Assembly (NCBI GenBank): GCA_038231135.1 | Contig: JBBRLX010000036.1 | Location: 1 to 43,753 of the forward strand | DNA from: Candidatus Eiseniibacteriota bacterium | GTDB taxonomy: Bacteria > Eisenbacteria > RBG-16-71-46 | Direction: 5' to 3' | Length of the DNA: 43,753 bases | Shown: in pieces, positions 1-9,577 of the stretch | Layout: every line of letters starts with the position of its first letter | How positions within the stretch are numbered: position 1 is the first letter of the stretch | Position numbers and translations under genes: made by a program | Notes under the pieces: model-generated | Databases searched by the model: none | What the model saw: only the letters and a program-made list of their open reading frames with translations | What the model was told of the DNA's origin: nothing

Positions 1-43
1 CTTCATGCTTTCGCTCCGAGCGCTTGCCGAGTACCTTGCTCAT
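1..43 (-). CDS. 5' end of a gene running off the left window edge (MSKVLGKRSERKHE...)
   Basis: Minus-strand ATG at 43 preceded at 6 nt by AAGGAG; frame open to position 1. Too short to assign function. Confidence 0.5.
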   Translation of the reverse strand, partial: MSKVLGKRSERKHE

Positions 44-182
44 CGAAGGCTCCTTGTTGGTGATGCGTCGATCCACTCGCCAGTGAACCGGTGCATCCTA
101 CTTGGAGCCGTCTTCTTTCAACGAAGGTTAGCACTCACTCCGCGATCGAGCCTTCCTTACAGACGTCGTCGATACCAACTGG

Positions 183-749
183 ATGCAGCACTTCGCGGTC
201 GTGTCCTCGCTCGTCGGTGTCGGTGCGGATGCTTCCGACGTGGCACGATCGCTCAAGGATACCCACGATCAGCCGAAGAATCTCTCGTTCTGGTCAAGGG
301 AGCCGATTAGCTCCCTTACTGTCCTTGAAACGCAGGTTCAGGCACTCGTAGCTCTCCGCATCGTTCAGGAGTACATCGCGGCGACGGAGACGACGGGTGC
401 TCTGCTCCGCTCGATTCGGGATCGGAGTCTCGGCGGGGTGATGCGCCTGAGCAACGGGTACCGCGTGGTGGATGTGCGAGACTTTTACGACGACATCTGG
501 AAGCATAGGCGGCAAGGCATCGCGCGGCTGCTCAACTGGCCGACGCCTACAGCCATCGCTCGTGCAGGCAGTGCCGACCTCGCAATACGCGCTCTACGCA
601 CCTTCCCCAAGATGCGTTCGTGGGTTGTCGGGCTGGCGGACCTGTATCTCAAGGGGAAGCCGTTTCGGCTGGTGGACCTTGGCCGAAAGCGCAATGCGCG
701 CAACGACGATGAAGACGGGAGTCTTCGAACGTCCAACGTCAATGACTGA
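183..749 (+). CDS. Hypothetical protein, possibly a truncated or foreign remnant
   Basis: 188-aa ORF, protein-like composition, more A/T-ending codons than neighbours; no recognisable motif or clear RBS; stop overlaps the 3' end of the convergent phosphatase gene by 11 nt. Confidence 0.4.
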   Translation: MQHFAVVSSLVGVGADASDVARSLKDTHDQPKNLSFWSREPISSLTVLETQVQALVALRIVQEYIAATETTGALLRSIRDRSLGGVMRLSNGYRVVDVRDFYDDIWKHRRQGIARLLNWPTPTAIARAGSADLAIRALRTFPKMRSWVVGLADLYLKGKPFRLVDLGRKRNARNDDEDGSLRTSNVND

Positions 750-3700
750 TGACGAAGCGCCCCGTCCGGGTGCCTTCATCGGTGCGCAGGCGGTAGAAGA
801 ACACCCCCGCCCGCCAGTCGGTGGCGCGACTCACCAGCACGATCTCGTGATGACCTGAGGACAGGAGCGTCCGTTCCACAGGTGCGCCAGCGCGCGTACC
901 GTTCACGTCGTAGGTGTCGATCCTCACCCGGCCCGGGCGGGTGAGCGTGAAGCTCAGTACCGCGTCGTCCACGACCGGGGTCGGTACGACGCGCGCATCG
1001 AACACCAGTGCTGCGGCAACGGGAGAGAGCGCCGCGGGCTGAGAGGGCCGCGCGGGCGTGCCCGACGACGCAACCGCCGGCGCGAGCGGGGCTGCCATGA
1101 ACGTGACGATGCCCGCCATCCACATGCCGCTGGCCGTGCCGGAAGCGTTGTATGCGCCGGTCGCGTTCACCACCTGGTACGCCGTCGCGAAATGGTCGGC
1201 GCTGATCGAGAGTGTGGGGAGCGCCGTCCACGCCGCGGCCCACGCCTGGGCGTTGCCCGACTCCACGCCCGCGATACCGTACAGCAGCTCGTTCGCCTGC
1301 GCCGTCGTCGCGGTGTTCCCCGAGTTGAAGCTGGTGCCGGTCGCGAACGCCGACGCGGACTGGTCGACTGCCAGCAAGCCCGTGAACTCGTCGATCGCGA
1401 CGTAGCTCTGCGCCGTCGCCGGGTATGTCACCGTGATGGTCGCACCCTGGGCGAGCGCATTCACGGCGAGCGACGAGAACATGAGGATCCGATCGCCCCC
1501 CGATCCGTCGGGCTGGTCGCGAATCAGCGAATACGCATTGCCGGCCGCGTCGGTCACGACAACCGGGCCCGGATGGGTCGAGGTGAGCTGCACGCCGACG
1601 AGGATCGCATCGCCTGCCGCCACGGCGCGGCTCGAGGTCAGCACCTTGCTCGAGGACGATGACGTCGTCGCCACGCCGGCGATGCGTCCCACGTAGGCCG
1701 GTGCCACGCCGGAGGACGTCACGGTGATGGGCTGCGAAGCGGTCGCCGTGGCGCCGCCGTTGTCCACCACCGTCACCGCCGCGGTCCAGGCGCCGGCGGC
1801 ATAGGTGTGCGTGGTGCTCGAGGCGGCCTGCGGGCCCGCGGGCGGTGAGCCGTCGCCAAAGTCGAACGTGTACGACACGATCGATCCGTCGGCATCGGTC
1901 GAGCCGCCGGCATCCAGCGTGACGAGCAATGGTGCGGGGCCGGTCGCGGGAGACAGCGCCAGCGATGCCACCGGCGTCCTGTCGACGGTGATCGCGGTCG
2001 AATCGGCCCCCGCCAGCGCGTTCGCGGCCGTGAACGTCACGGTGTAAGGCGCGGCGCGGCCCATGCCGGCCGCCGGCGTCCAGGTGAGCGTGCCCGCCGT
2101 ATTGCCGGCGTTGGGCGCGAACACGGCGTCGTTGCCGGCGGGCAATCCCGACAGGTCGGCGCTCAGGGATGCGATCGCGTCGCCGTCCGCGTCGGCGGCG
2201 CCGACCGAAAGGGTGAGCAGCGCGTTCTCGGCCACGGACGCCGTGTGCGGGACGGTCACGACGGGCGCCCGGTTGCTGCCGCCGCCCACGACGATTCGCG
2301 TGGTGGCGGTGCCGGTAAGCGCGTTGTGAGCGGTGAACGTCACGGGAAAGCTTCCGGTATCCCGATAGGTCGGGCTCCACACGAAGGTATACGTATCATT
2401 GCTGCCCGGCGGCGCGCCTGTGGTCCCGTACCCGGGATGCTCCGGGGGGTCGTGCCCCAGCGATTGCATGCCGTGCGGTGTCGGCGTGACGTGGCCCGCG
2501 GCGGTGATCCCAACTGGAGGCCGATGCGTTCCGCCGCCGCCGGTACCCGTCAGGTTGCCCGGATAGAACGCGGCATCGTTGCCGGCGGGCAGGGCGGACA
2601 GATCGGCCGTGATCGATGAGATTGCATCCCCGTCGGGATCACTCGCGGTAACGAGCAGCTTAAGCAGCCGCGACACGTGGGCGAGTGCGATGGCGGGTGC
2701 GTCCACGACGGGGGGCCGGTCGACGTTCACGATCTGGATCGAGGTCCGGGCCGCGGCGCTGGTCAGCGCGTTGGCGGCCTGGAACGACACGAGGTACGTG
2801 CCGGCGGTGCTGAAATCGGGCTGCCAGGTCAGCGTGCCGGCGGTGTGCGGGGCATTCGACGTGAACGCGGCGCCGTTCCCCGCCGGGAGCAACGACAGGT
2901 CCGCGACGAGCAACGTGATCGGGTCGCCGTCCGGGTCCGAGGCCGTGACGTCAATCGAGACCGGCTGCCCCTCGTTGAACGTCACCGCGGCCGGAGCGGT
3001 GGTCACCGGTGGGCGGTCAGCGCCGGTGACCGCGATCGACGTGGTGGCCGACCCGGAGAGCGCGTTGGTGGCCGTGAACGTCACGGGGTACGGGCCAGGC
3101 GCGTCGGCCGGCGTCGGAGTCCAGGTGAGTGTTCCGGCGGTGTTGCTGCCGTTGGGCGTGAACACCGCGTTGTTGCCGGCCGGCAGCCGCGACAGATCCG
3201 CGGTCAGAGCAGTGATGGTCTGGCCGTCGGGGTCCGCCGCCGTGACGCCGAGCGAGAACGCGGTGTTCACCGGGGCGGTCGCCGTCGCCGTCGCCAGGAC
3301 CGCGGGCGGGTGATCCCTCTGGATCAGAAAGCTGTCCATCGACGAGCCGGGCGTGCAGGCGAAGTCGTCCACGGGGGAGGATGGGCCACAGATGCCCGTG
3401 CCGACGATGCTGCCGGGGGTGAAGTGGAGCTGCAGCGAACCGTGCCGCATCGCGCGGAACGCGCTCCACGACGGCGGCGGGCAGCCGCCGAGCCACTCGC
3501 ACGGGAGCGACCCGTCGACTTCGAGCGACGCCCCGCCGATGCCGACGGTCACATGGGTGACTCCGCTCTGCGGGTACGAGCGTTCGTAGCCGTGCGAGTG
3601 ACCGCACAGATCGAGCACGTACTTCGGGTGTTTCACGCCGAGGCCATCGGTGATGCTCTTGAGCAGCGGGTCGCCGGGATGGTGATCCGACGAATAGGCG

Positions 3701-4590
3701 GGGCGGTGGCCGAACGTCACGACGAACGCGATCTGGGGATCGGAATCCACCGCCGTCATGAGCGAATCGGCGCTCTTCTGCCACGCGACCCATGCGCCGC
3801 TGAACGGCTCGGGGTACGCGATGAAGCGCACGTTGCCGAAATCGAACCAGTACCAATCCTTGCCGGGGCCGCCCAGGACCGGGGCGCCGGGCGCGCTGCG
3901 CGGGTTGGGCAGGTCGAACCGGCCCTTGTAATTTCTGAAGTCGTCCGTGCTCGCGTCCCACTCGTGATTGCCCCACGCCGGCATGTAGGCGGCATCGCGC
4001 GACCACACCATCATGTTGTTGAAGTGGGTATCCACGTGCGCCTGGCCGTGGTCGTTGGCGTAGGTGAGGTCGCCGACCAGTAGTGCAAAGAACGGCGCCT
4101 GCTGCGCGATGCCGTTCTGCACGGGCATCACCCACGAGTACGACGTGGAGTCGCCGATGTCGCCCTCGACGCTGATCGTGAAGTTCGACGAGCCCCGCGG
4201 CGGCGGGGTGCGGAACGTATGATCGGGTCCATTGCCAATGGCGTAGTGGTAGAGGGTGTTCTCCTGGAGTCCGGTGATACGGGCCTCCCAGAACGGCCCC
4301 GTGGAGGAATACGGCATGGGATTCGGCGACACCGCGGTCACGTCCTGCCCATACGCCGGGTTGAGCCCGTAGTGGATGACGGTGTCGGTGCCGCGCCAGT
4401 CGAACGTCACGGCGGTCTGGCCCATGAGGGTCCAGTGGATCTCGTCCGCGGCGGCCGCGAATGCCGCGACGGGGCGCCCGGTCGCAGCGACGACCACCCA
4501 CGACAGCAACAGGATGCCAAGAGCCGCGCTCGACCCCGTGGCCCGTCGGGGGACCGCGGCCATGGGACATGATCCGGTTGCTGGAGGCAT
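739..4590 (-). CDS. Secreted purple-acid-phosphatase-type metallophosphoesterase with FN3-like N-domain, 4 tandem Ig-like repeats, PKD domain and C-terminal T9SS/FlgD-like domain
   Basis: Signal-peptide-like N-terminus (alternative start 4563); PAP motifs GDIG, GDLTY, GNHE, GHRPAYS, GHSHGYERS; PKD signature SYTFDFGDG...HTY; C-terminus PTP...LSFTL...RIDTYDVNG...AGVFFYRL...RFVI. Confidence 0.85.
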   Translation of the reverse strand: MPPATGSCPMAAVPRRATGSSAALGILLLSWVVVAATGRPVAAFAAAADEIHWTLMGQTAVTFDWRGTDTVIHYGLNPAYGQDVTAVSPNPMPYSSTGPFWEARITGLQENTLYHYAIGNGPDHTFRTPPPRGSSNFTISVEGDIGDSTSYSWVMPVQNGIAQQAPFFALLVGDLTYANDHGQAHVDTHFNNMMVWSRDAAYMPAWGNHEWDASTDDFRNYKGRFDLPNPRSAPGAPVLGGPGKDWYWFDFGNVRFIAYPEPFSGAWVAWQKSADSLMTAVDSDPQIAFVVTFGHRPAYSSDHHPGDPLLKSITDGLGVKHPKYVLDLCGHSHGYERSYPQSGVTHVTVGIGGASLEVDGSLPCEWLGGCPPPSWSAFRAMRHGSLQLHFTPGSIVGTGICGPSSPVDDFACTPGSSMDSFLIQRDHPPAVLATATATAPVNTAFSLGVTAADPDGQTITALTADLSRLPAGNNAVFTPNGSNTAGTLTWTPTPADAPGPYPVTFTATNALSGSATTSIAVTGADRPPVTTAPAAVTFNEGQPVSIDVTASDPDGDPITLLVADLSLLPAGNGAAFTSNAPHTAGTLTWQPDFSTAGTYLVSFQAANALTSAAARTSIQIVNVDRPPVVDAPAIALAHVSRLLKLLVTASDPDGDAISSITADLSALPAGNDAAFYPGNLTGTGGGGTHRPPVGITAAGHVTPTPHGMQSLGHDPPEHPGYGTTGAPPGSNDTYTFVWSPTYRDTGSFPVTFTAHNALTGTATTRIVVGGGSNRAPVVTVPHTASVAENALLTLSVGAADADGDAIASLSADLSGLPAGNDAVFAPNAGNTAGTLTWTPAAGMGRAAPYTVTFTAANALAGADSTAITVDRTPVASLALSPATGPAPLLVTLDAGGSTDADGSIVSYTFDFGDGSPPAGPQAASSTTHTYAAGAWTAAVTVVDNGGATATASQPITVTSSGVAPAYVGRIAGVATTSSSSSKVLTSSRAVAAGDAILVGVQLTSTHPGPVVVTDAAGNAYSLIRDQPDGSGGDRILMFSSLAVNALAQGATITVTYPATAQSYVAIDEFTGLLAVDQSASAFATGTSFNSGNTATTAQANELLYGIAGVESGNAQAWAAAWTALPTLSISADHFATAYQVVNATGAYNASGTASGMWMAGIVTFMAAPLAPAVASSGTPARPSQPAALSPVAAALVFDARVVPTPVVDDAVLSFTLTRPGRVRIDTYDVNGTRAGAPVERTLLSSGHHEIVLVSRATDWRAGVFFYRLRTDEGTRTGRFVISH
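1980..3316 (-). repeat. Four ~100-aa intragenic Ig/cadherin-like repeats
   Basis: Units share (D/N)xxP...A(A/S)D(P/A)DG..I....ADLS.LPAGN.A.F...T..W.P......V(T/S)F.A.NAL. Confidence 0.85.
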
Positions 4591-4763
4591 TCGTACCTGC
4601 CGAAAGGCGGGGGCAACGCAGCCGCGCAGAACCTGCCGATCGCGGCGTGGTCGGCGTGCCCGAAGCGAATGCTCTCGCTACTTCACATGGATGGGAACCA
4701 TCGGCCTGCGGTGTGGGAGTCGTTGCAACTCCGGGCACTCAGCGAACCGATCGAGTTCTGGGT

Positions 4764-4780
4764 AGCACCTTCCGTGCCAA
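4764..4780 (-). promoter_or_regulatory. Sigma-54 (-24/-12) promoter candidate for the phosphatase gene
   Basis: TTGGCACGGAAGGTGCT: GG-N10-GC spacing exact and TGGCACG matches consensus; ~175 nt upstream of the ATG on the same strand. Confidence 0.6.
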
Positions 4781-4876
4781 GAGCGGGAGCCCGCGAATGG
4801 GGCGAATTGTAGCGAATCCCGCCGAGCGAAATGTAACTGTTGCCGATGAATGGGACCTGAACCGCGGGAGGGTGAG

Positions 4877-5029
4877 ATGAAACCCGGCAAGTACATGGGC
4901 ATGGGCATCGCGATCGGCGTCGGCGTGGGTGTCGCGATGGGAGTGGCGACGCACAACATGGGGCTCTGGATCGGCATCGGGGTCGCCATCGGCGTGGGGC
5001 TCGGTGCGGGACTGTCCAGGCGCAAGTAG
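4877..5029 (+). CDS. 50-aa glycine-zipper small membrane protein (MKPGKYMGMGIAIGVGVGVAMGVATHNMGLWIGIGVAIGVGLGAGLSRRK)
   Basis: GGGAGGG RBS upstream; GC3-rich codons; two hydrophobic GxxxG segments with basic ends. Below the ORF-track length cutoff. Confidence 0.75.
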   Translation: MKPGKYMGMGIAIGVGVGVAMGVATHNMGLWIGIGVAIGVGLGAGLSRRK

Positions 5030-5149
5030 CCGGCTCGAGGGCCCCGGGCCGCCCGTGGGCGGGGATCGACACGAAATCCCGCAACGCGTGATATCGTGCG
5101 GCGCATTCTGCTCGCGCCCATGCAATGCCCCAGAATTCGGGAGGTCCAC

Positions 5150-5542
5150 ATGCGTGTCGTCATAGCGATGGCGCTGATGCTGCTGGTGTCCGGCTGCGCC
5201 TCCGGCCTCGGCCGGCCGGTGCACGAAGTCACAGCCCGCGTCGATGCCCGGGGCGTTCAGCACGTCCGGCTGGTGACGCATTCGTTCTATTACGAGCCGA
5301 ACCGCATCGTGGTCAAGGCCAACGTTCCGGTCGAGCTGACGATCCACAACGCGTCGTTCATGGTGCCGCACAATTTCACGGTCGAGGGGCTCGAAACGCC
5401 CACCGAGAAGGATGTGTCGATGTTCCATGGGTCGGGAACGCTCCGCTTCACGCCCACCAAGCCCGGCGAATACCGGTTCTTCTGCGACAAGGACTCGCAC
5501 ATGAAGAAGGGGATGACGGGGACGCTCGTCGTCACTCCCTGA
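5150..5542 (+). CDS. Cupredoxin-domain lipoprotein
   Basis: GGAGG RBS before ATG 5150; lipobox LVSGC; type-1 copper ligands PHNF ... FFCDKDSHMKKGM (His, Cys, His, Met). Confidence 0.85.
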   Translation: MRVVIAMALMLLVSGCASGLGRPVHEVTARVDARGVQHVRLVTHSFYYEPNRIVVKANVPVELTIHNASFMVPHNFTVEGLETPTEKDVSMFHGSGTLRFTPTKPGEYRFFCDKDSHMKKGMTGTLVVTP

Positions 5543-5564
5543 CGCCGGTTCGGGCGAACCAACG

Positions 5565-5590
5565 AAAAAGCCTCCCCGGAGCAGGGAGGC
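5565..5590 (-). terminator. Intrinsic terminator downstream of the TlpA gene
   Basis: Minus strand reads GCCTCCC-7 nt loop-GGGAGGC then TTTTT; lies between convergent genes. Confidence 0.7.
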
Positions 5591-5615
5591 AAGCGTGGAT
5601 CCGGGCACCCCGCGG

Positions 5616-6113
5616 TCAGCGGTCGAACAGCTCCTGCGCGAACCCTTCCATGGTCTCCTTGTCGATGTAGCCCACCACGCGGCGCACCACCTGGCCCTTG
5701 CGATCGATGAAGAACGTGGTGGGGATCGACCGGATCGGGCCGTACTGATCGAGCACGCGCTCGTCGGCCATCGCGAGCCGGAACCGGATGCCCAGATGAT
5801 CCGCGAAGCTGCGCACCCGCTGGGGACCGCCGTCGTCCACCGACACTCCGATCACGACGAGCCCTTTCGGGCCGAAGCGTTCCTGCACCGCGTTCAGGTG
5901 GGGCATCGACGCGCGGCACGGCTGGCACCAGGTCGCCCAGAAATCGAGCACCACGGGATGGCCCTTGTACTCGGAGAGTCGCAGGGTCTTGCCGTCGAGA
6001 TCGCGCAGGGCGAACCCGGGGGCCGTGGGATCGGCCGCGGTCGGGTGCGGGATGGCGCACAGCACCGACAGGAACACGAGAACGCCCGAACAGCGACGAA
6101 TTGCGGAGGTCAT
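5616..6113 (-). CDS. TlpA/ResA-family thiol-disulfide oxidoreductase
   Basis: VVLDFWATWCQPC active site, APGFALRDLDG, cis-Pro SIPTTFFIDR; hydrophobic N-terminus from ATG 6113. Confidence 0.9.
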   Translation of the reverse strand: MTSAIRRCSGVLVFLSVLCAIPHPTAADPTAPGFALRDLDGKTLRLSEYKGHPVVLDFWATWCQPCRASMPHLNAVQERFGPKGLVVIGVSVDDGGPQRVRSFADHLGIRFRLAMADERVLDQYGPIRSIPTTFFIDRKGQVVRRVVGYIDKETMEGFAQELFDR

Positions 6114-6468
6114 GGGAAGTGCCCGGTCAGGGGAAGGAACGAACCATCGCAACTGGGGGGGTGTATGACTGTAACCGTTCGTGGGGACTGGATCGACGAC
6201 GCGTCGCCTGTTTTTGCACGCGCTTGACTTAAGCGTAAAGAGATCACACCAATATGACCGGCACAGAAAACTTCGCGCTGTCCAATCCAGGGTGCGCCGC
6301 ACTTCGGGGTGTGATCGGCCGGTGGCCGGCGAAACCTCACCCTCATGCGGGCGGGACCCTTGGAGACACGCGTTCGATGATCGTCAGGCACGGAAGGCAG
6401 TCCACCGGCGCGCCGGCCCGACCCGCAGCCGCGGGGACCGGCGCGATTTCACAAGGAGCGTGAAGCCG

Positions 6469-7169
6469 ATGCTGATGGCCCCATTGTTCATCCTGCAGTC
6501 CGCGGCCGGTATGCGCGCTTCGATTCCGGCGCTCGTCGCGAGCTCGGGGCCGTTCGGCAAGGCCGTCCTGCTCGCGCTGCTCGCGATGTCGGTCTACTGC
6601 TGGGCGGTGATCTGGAGCCGCTGGCGGTTGTATGACCGGGTCACCCACGCCGACCGGCGGTTCCTCGTGTCGTTCCGCCAGCTACCGCCCACCGCGGACT
6701 TCCGGCTGGTGTGCCAGCAGCATCCGTCGAGTCTGCTCGCGCGGGTCGCGCTCGCCGGACAGCGTGCGCTCGACCAGTTCGCCACGGTGCCCGACGTGAC
6801 CGCGTCGATGCGGCAGGACATGGCGTTGCGCTCGATGGACCGGGCCGCGCAGGAGGAATCGAACCTCCTCGAGCGGCACGTGGGCTTCCTCGGCACCACC
6901 GGCAGCGTCGCCCCATTCATCGGGCTGATGGGAACGGTGTGGGGGATCATGAGCGCGTTCGTGAACATCGGCGCCCAGGGCTCGGCGTCGCTGGTCGTGG
7001 TGGCGCCGGGGATCGCCGAGGCGCTGATCACCACGATCGCCGGCCTCGCCGCCGCGATCCCCGCGGTCGTGGCGTACAACCATTTCATCGGCCGCGTGCG
7101 CGAGTTCATGAATCACACGGAGCAATTCGCGGGCGAGTTCCTCGATCGCCGCGCCGAGGCGCGCCGGGC

Positions 7170-7173
<4 letters not shown>
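6469..7173 (+). CDS. tolQ: TolQ (MotA/TolQ/ExbB proton channel)
   Basis: [21 protein letters not shown] and [33 protein letters not shown] 10 nt before ATG 6469; first gene of tol-pal cluster. Confidence 0.9.
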
Positions 7174-7576
<403 letters not shown>

Positions 7577-7580
<4 letters not shown>

Positions 7581-8221
7581 CGCGTGGCCCGGTGCTGGGC
7601 TCGGCCCTCGTTCACGTCGGCGTCGTGGCGGTGCTGCTGATCGCGCGCGGCCGCGCTCCGCTGGTGATCCCGGGTCCCGAGGTCGTGCAGGTCGCGCTGC
7701 TCGACGCCAACATGCGGATGCCGCCGGCGGTGGCCACGCCGCCGCCCAGGGAGCCGATGCCCGAGGTGCCGCCCACGGACGAGGACGGCGTGCGCATCGA
7801 GCCCCGGAAACCCAAGCCTCAACCGGCGCCGGTCAAGCCCGTGGAGCAGGCGCCCGAGACGGCCGCGCCGCGTCCCGCGCTGCCGTTCGCCGCGGTGGGA
7901 CCGCCGGGACTCAAGGGCGAGGTGTCGGTGGACGCCACCGATTTCGAATTCACCTACTACCTGATGCTGGTGCGCAATCGCATCGCGCAGAGCTGGACGC
8001 CGCCGGGAGGCGGGCAGGGGGCGCATACCGTGGTGTACTTCCGCATCACCCGCGGCGGCGCGATCGCCGGTCCGCGGATCGAGCAGGGCAGCGGTGTCGA
8101 TTTCTTCGACCAGGCCGCGCTGCGGGCGGTCGTGCTGAGCGACCCGTTGCCGCCGCTGCCGCTGGGCTGGTCGGGTTCCGAACTCGGCGTGCATTTCGGC
8201 TTCGAGTACAGCGGCCCATGA
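7577..8221 (+). CDS. tolA: TolA/TonB-family energy transducer
   Basis: N-terminal TM with S-x3-H (SALVH), Pro-rich linker, TonB/TolA C-domain (FRITRGG...[22 protein letters not shown]); lies between tolR and tolB. Confidence 0.75.
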
Positions 8222-9546
8222 CGCCCAACGTGACGACCCCTCGATCCCGCCGCGCGCGGACGGCGTGCCATGCCGCCGCGTGCCTCGCGCTGCTGCTCGG
8301 GATGCCCGGCGGCGCGCGGATCGCGGGCGCCCAGACGGGTGACGTGCGCATCGACATCTCGAGCGGCGCGGGCAAGCGCATTCCGCTGCTCGTCGAATCG
8401 CTGCAGACCGGCGGGGACGCCACCGCCCGGCCGACGAGCGTGATCGCCGACACCGTGCTCGCGAACGACCTGGCGTGCGCCGGGGTGTTCGACGTGTCGC
8501 GGGCGTGGACCGACACGCCACCCGCGGAACTGCAGGCGGTGGTGGGAGGCAAGTGGACCGTGAACGGCAACCAGGTGCGGCTCGAGGGCGAGGTGCACGA
8601 CCTGCCGGCCCGGCGGTCGATCTTCTCCCACGAGTACAAGGGCACGCTGCGCGACCAGCGGCGGCTGGTGCACCAGTTCGCCGACGACGTCGTGCTGCAG
8701 TTCACCGGGGAGCCAGGTATTTCGCAGACGCGCATCGCGTTCAGCGCTCCCGAGGGTCGCAACAAAGAGTTATACGTGATGGATTGGGACGGCCAGAATC
8801 TTCAGGCCCTGACCCGCGATCGCTCGATCGCGCTGTCGCCCGCGTTCTCGCCCGAGGGCTCGCTGCTGCTGTTCACGTCCTACCGCGCCGGCACCGGGCC
8901 GCAGATCTACGTGATTCCGAGCGCCGGCGGCAAGCCGTTCCTGATCTCGGGCCGCACCGGGATCAATACCAGCGCGTCGTATTCGCCGTCGGGACGCGAG
9001 ATCGCCTGCACCCTCAGCCTCGAGGGCAATCCCGAGATCTACGTGCTCGATGCCCGGGGCGGGTCGCCCCAGCGGATCACGAGCAGCCGCGCGATCGACA
9101 CGTCTCCGGCGTGGTCGCCCACCGGCCGCGAGATCGCGTTTACCTCGGACCGGGGGGGCGGGTTCCAGGTTTACGTGATGGATCGCGAAGGTGGTAACGT
9201 ACGCCGGCTAACGTATGAAGTGGGCAACACCGATTCACCGGCCTGGTCTCCCAAGGGCGATCGCATCGCATTCGTATCCCGGACCGGCGCGGGCTTCGAC
9301 ATCAACGTATGCCGCGCGGACGGTTCGGGAGTACGGCGGGTGGCGAGCGGCGACAGCAACGAGAACCCCAAGTGGTCTCCCGATGGGCGCCACCTGGTGT
9401 TCGCGTCGAATCGCGGCGGGTCGTTCGGACTGTGGGTGAGCGATCTGGACGACCACCCTCCGAGAAAGCTGGACACCGGGGGCCGGGTCGCACTGTCGCC
9501 CGCGTGGTCGCCGCGGCCGGGAGCATCCGGGACGTCGTCGAACTGA
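8218..9546 (+). CDS. tolB: TolB beta-propeller protein
   Basis: VHQFADDVVLQFTGEPGISQTRIAF and repeated SPAWSPxG PD40 blades; upstream of pal. Confidence 0.92.
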   Translation: MTPNVTTPRSRRARTACHAAACLALLLGMPGGARIAGAQTGDVRIDISSGAGKRIPLLVESLQTGGDATARPTSVIADTVLANDLACAGVFDVSRAWTDTPPAELQAVVGGKWTVNGNQVRLEGEVHDLPARRSIFSHEYKGTLRDQRRLVHQFADDVVLQFTGEPGISQTRIAFSAPEGRNKELYVMDWDGQNLQALTRDRSIALSPAFSPEGSLLLFTSYRAGTGPQIYVIPSAGGKPFLISGRTGINTSASYSPSGREIACTLSLEGNPEIYVLDARGGSPQRITSSRAIDTSPAWSPTGREIAFTSDRGGGFQVYVMDREGGNVRRLTYEVGNTDSPAWSPKGDRIAFVSRTGAGFDINVCRADGSGVRRVASGDSNENPKWSPDGRHLVFASNRGGSFGLWVSDLDDHPPRKLDTGGRVALSPAWSPRPGASGTSSN

Positions 9547-9577
9547 CTGAGACCCACATTCCATGCAGGGAGGGTGT

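Noticed and set aside
4596..4630. GAAA-tetraloop hairpin (CCTGCC-GAAA-GGCGGG) reminiscent of a c-di-GMP-I riboswitch
   Set aside because: Flanking GGCAAA and GACGCAAAGC elements do not match, and it is on the strand opposite the adjacent phosphatase gene.
6224..6255. TTGACT as -35 for the tol-pal operon
   Set aside because: No acceptable -10 hexamer at 16-18 nt spacing.
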